DNA from: Carcharhinus amblyrhynchos
Taxonomy: Eukaryota
Length of the DNA stretch: 64,000 bases
Assembly (NCBI GenBank): GCA_965287045.1
Contig: OZ336870.1
Location: 117,180,001-117,244,000 of the forward strand
Reading direction: 5' to 3'
Shown here: piece after piece, positions 62,155-64,000 of the stretch
How positions within the stretch are numbered: position 1 is the stretch's first letter
Layout of the letters: each line of letters opens with the position of its first letter
Notes under the pieces: model-generated
Database searches by the model: none
What the model was told of the DNA's origin: nothing
Seen by the model: the letters and a program-made list of their open reading frames with translations, nothing else
Made by a program: the position numbers and the translations under genes

Positions 62155-63305
62155 AAATGTGCAGTAGTGCAACATCTTGAATGGCCTAGCCAGTGAGGAA
62201 CTGTTGGAAAATGTTTGCAAACGTTCCAGTAAGTTTTCAATTTTTGTTGACAGGGACAGAAGCATTTGCTTGACCTGTTATTGGCTTGTTTAAGGCTTCA
62301 CCCTCCTCATCACTGTCTCCCCCTGCCTGGTCTCCTCCACCATCCCCTCCTCCCCCTGCATGGCCCCCGCTGCCGCGCCATGCCCTCTCCACTTCCCACC
62401 CCCCCAGCACTCCTTCCCTCCCCCTCCACTCTCTCCCCTCGCTTACTCCCCTCCCCCCTCCACTCCTTCCCCTCCCCCCTCCCCTTTCCCTACACCCCCT
62501 ATCCTCTTCACCCCCCCTGTCCCTGCAACCACCCCCCCCTCCCACCCCGCTGCTCCCCATCAACCCCTCCCGCCCACACTCCTGGAGCACCATGAATTGT
62601 TTTAAAGCAAGACCCCGACCCTAATTCCGAGTCACAACTGGGTCTACAAGAAACCCCAAGCACTCAGAGGAACCCAAGTTATTCTGGCGTCAGAGGCCTT
62701 GCTAAACCCAGCCAAATGATCCCTGCTAGGGAAGTAAGGGGCATCGAGGGCCAGGATCAAGAGACCAGGGACTGAGTAATAGGGGACGTGATATTGTGGG
62801 AGGTGCGGAGGTTGTGGTTTGCTCATTGGCTCAGGCAGTCCCTCCAAAGAAGGTTCCCCCTTGTCACTTTGACACCAGATTGCACAGCTACAATGCTGAG
62901 CTTCCCAATTGGAGTAGCCCCCAGCGGGAATGGGATAAGACCTTTAAGAGTCACTATTTGGCCACTCAATGGTCTCAATATGCTCAAGGGGGGCAGGGAG
63001 AGGGGGGTGGGGAGGAATGGGTGTGGCAGGGGAAGAGTGGAGACTGCATGGCGAGACAGTGGGGGCCATGCAGGGAAAGGAGGAGGCAGTGATTGGAGAG
63101 CAGGTAGGAAGAGACAGTGGTGAGGTGGGTGAAGGCCTTAAACAAGCCAATAATAGGTCAGAGTTATCTCACGGACCAAGCAAGAGCACCTCAGCTGCTT
63201 CTGTCCCTGCCAACAAAAATTGAAAGCTTACTGGAATGTTTGCAAACATTTTCCTACAGTTCTTTACTGGCTAGGCCATTCAAGGTCTCGCACAGCTGGA
63301 CATTT
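62155..63305. repeat. Long inverted repeat (foldback/MITE-like), arms ~62155-62430 and ~62990-63305
   Basis: cttgaatggcctagccagtgaggaactgttggaaaatgtttgcaaacgttccagtaagttttcaatttttgttgacagggacagaagca is the near reverse complement of 63196-63284. ttattggcttgtttaagg pairs with ccttaaacaagccaataa, and ctgcatggccccc with gggggccatgcag. Confidence 0.9.
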
Positions 63306-63479
63306 CATGCTCAAGAGTAGGTGGGCTGCCCATGCTTCTTCCTATCCCCATAAAATTTCAGACTGTTGATGGTGGGTGCGTAGGCAATGGGAAGGCCACC
63401 CATTGGATTTTAGTTGCCCTCCCACCTTCAAACCTGCTGGTGGGGAAGCAAAGTCCGGCCCACTGTTGAATTGTAAAAA

Positions 63480-63835
63480 ACCATTACGACAGAGAAGGAG
63501 CCCTTCAGCCTATTGTGTCTACGCCAGCTCTCTAACAGAGCTATCCAATTATCCTCACTTCCAATAGAAAGAAAGCTGTACCTATCCCTTTCCCTTTTAA
63601 AAGGTTATTATTATTTCCATGCCCACCGTGTTTTAAAGCAGTGAATTCTGGATATAACTTACTGCATTAAAAATAAATATCCTTACTTCTCCTTGAGTTT
63701 TTATGCCAATTATGTTAGATTTATATTCTTTGGTTCCTGATCCTCCTGCCATTGGAACCAGTTTCTCCCTATCCACTGCATCAAGAAGGCCTCTCAATGT
63801 GCGGGAGGAACTTAACACTCAATCTTGAACCTGTC
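63480..63835 (-). mobile_element. Decayed CR1 3' fragment
   Basis: ORF 63633-63818 LRGLLDAVDREKLVPMAGGSGTK.YK resembles the CR1 C-terminus; agaaggagcccttcagcc tail. Confidence 0.6.
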
Positions 63836-64000
63836 TCCATATTTAATAAGGCCAGACAAAATGAATGACAGTTTGAAAGAGAATTAGGTTGATTTCAGTG
63901 AATAAAAATCATGGTTGGAATGGCCTCCTTTTGTTCTGTACTGGTTGTCTGACTATTTAGGAAAAATTCATGCTTCACTTGTAAATTATTTATTCGTAGA

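Noticed and set aside
62237-62624. Proline-rich or glycine-rich ORFs (also 43536-44012 and 26420-26999)
   Set aside because: They arise from C-rich/G-rich low-complexity tracts that lack stop codons in several frames. No splice or homology support.
1-64000. Prokaryotic or viral system (operon, defence island, endogenous virus)
   Set aside because: No gene-dense region and no long ORFs other than NDST and CR1. All recognisable protein remnants belong to common eukaryotic transposon classes.

Overview
This is eukaryotic, vertebrate, repeat-rich genomic DNA, not prokaryotic. The repeat content (V-SINE/HE1-type SINEs, Deu-domain SINEs, CR1, Rex1/Babar, RTE, Penelope, Harbinger) points to a cartilaginous fish, probably a shark; that assignment is an inference. 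The only host coding sequence I can support is the large first coding exon of a heparan sulfate N-deacetylase/N-sulfotransferase of the NDST3/NDST4 group. It lies on the minus strand: predicted exon 33271-34570, CDS part 33271-34251, with a clean branch point, acceptor and donor, and a 5' leader carrying six upstream ATGs. The rest appears to be intronic or upstream sequence filled with decayed, often nested transposons, and almost all other ORF-track entries are spurious or transposon remnants. The most unusual signal is two different short (167 and 180 bp) palindromic Penelope-type insertions. Each is flanked by a 13-bp target-site duplication and carries hammerhead-ribozyme-like cores in inverted orientation at the hairpin centre. 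Also notable are V-SINEs with two alternative tails (CR1-type versus Rex1-like), CR1-into-CR1 nesting seen twice, an 11/22-bp minisatellite entangled with retroposon tails, and a ~1.15-kb long inverted repeat. Repeat boundaries were read by eye and are approximate unless junction sequences are quoted. Family names come from recalled motifs, not from database searches.
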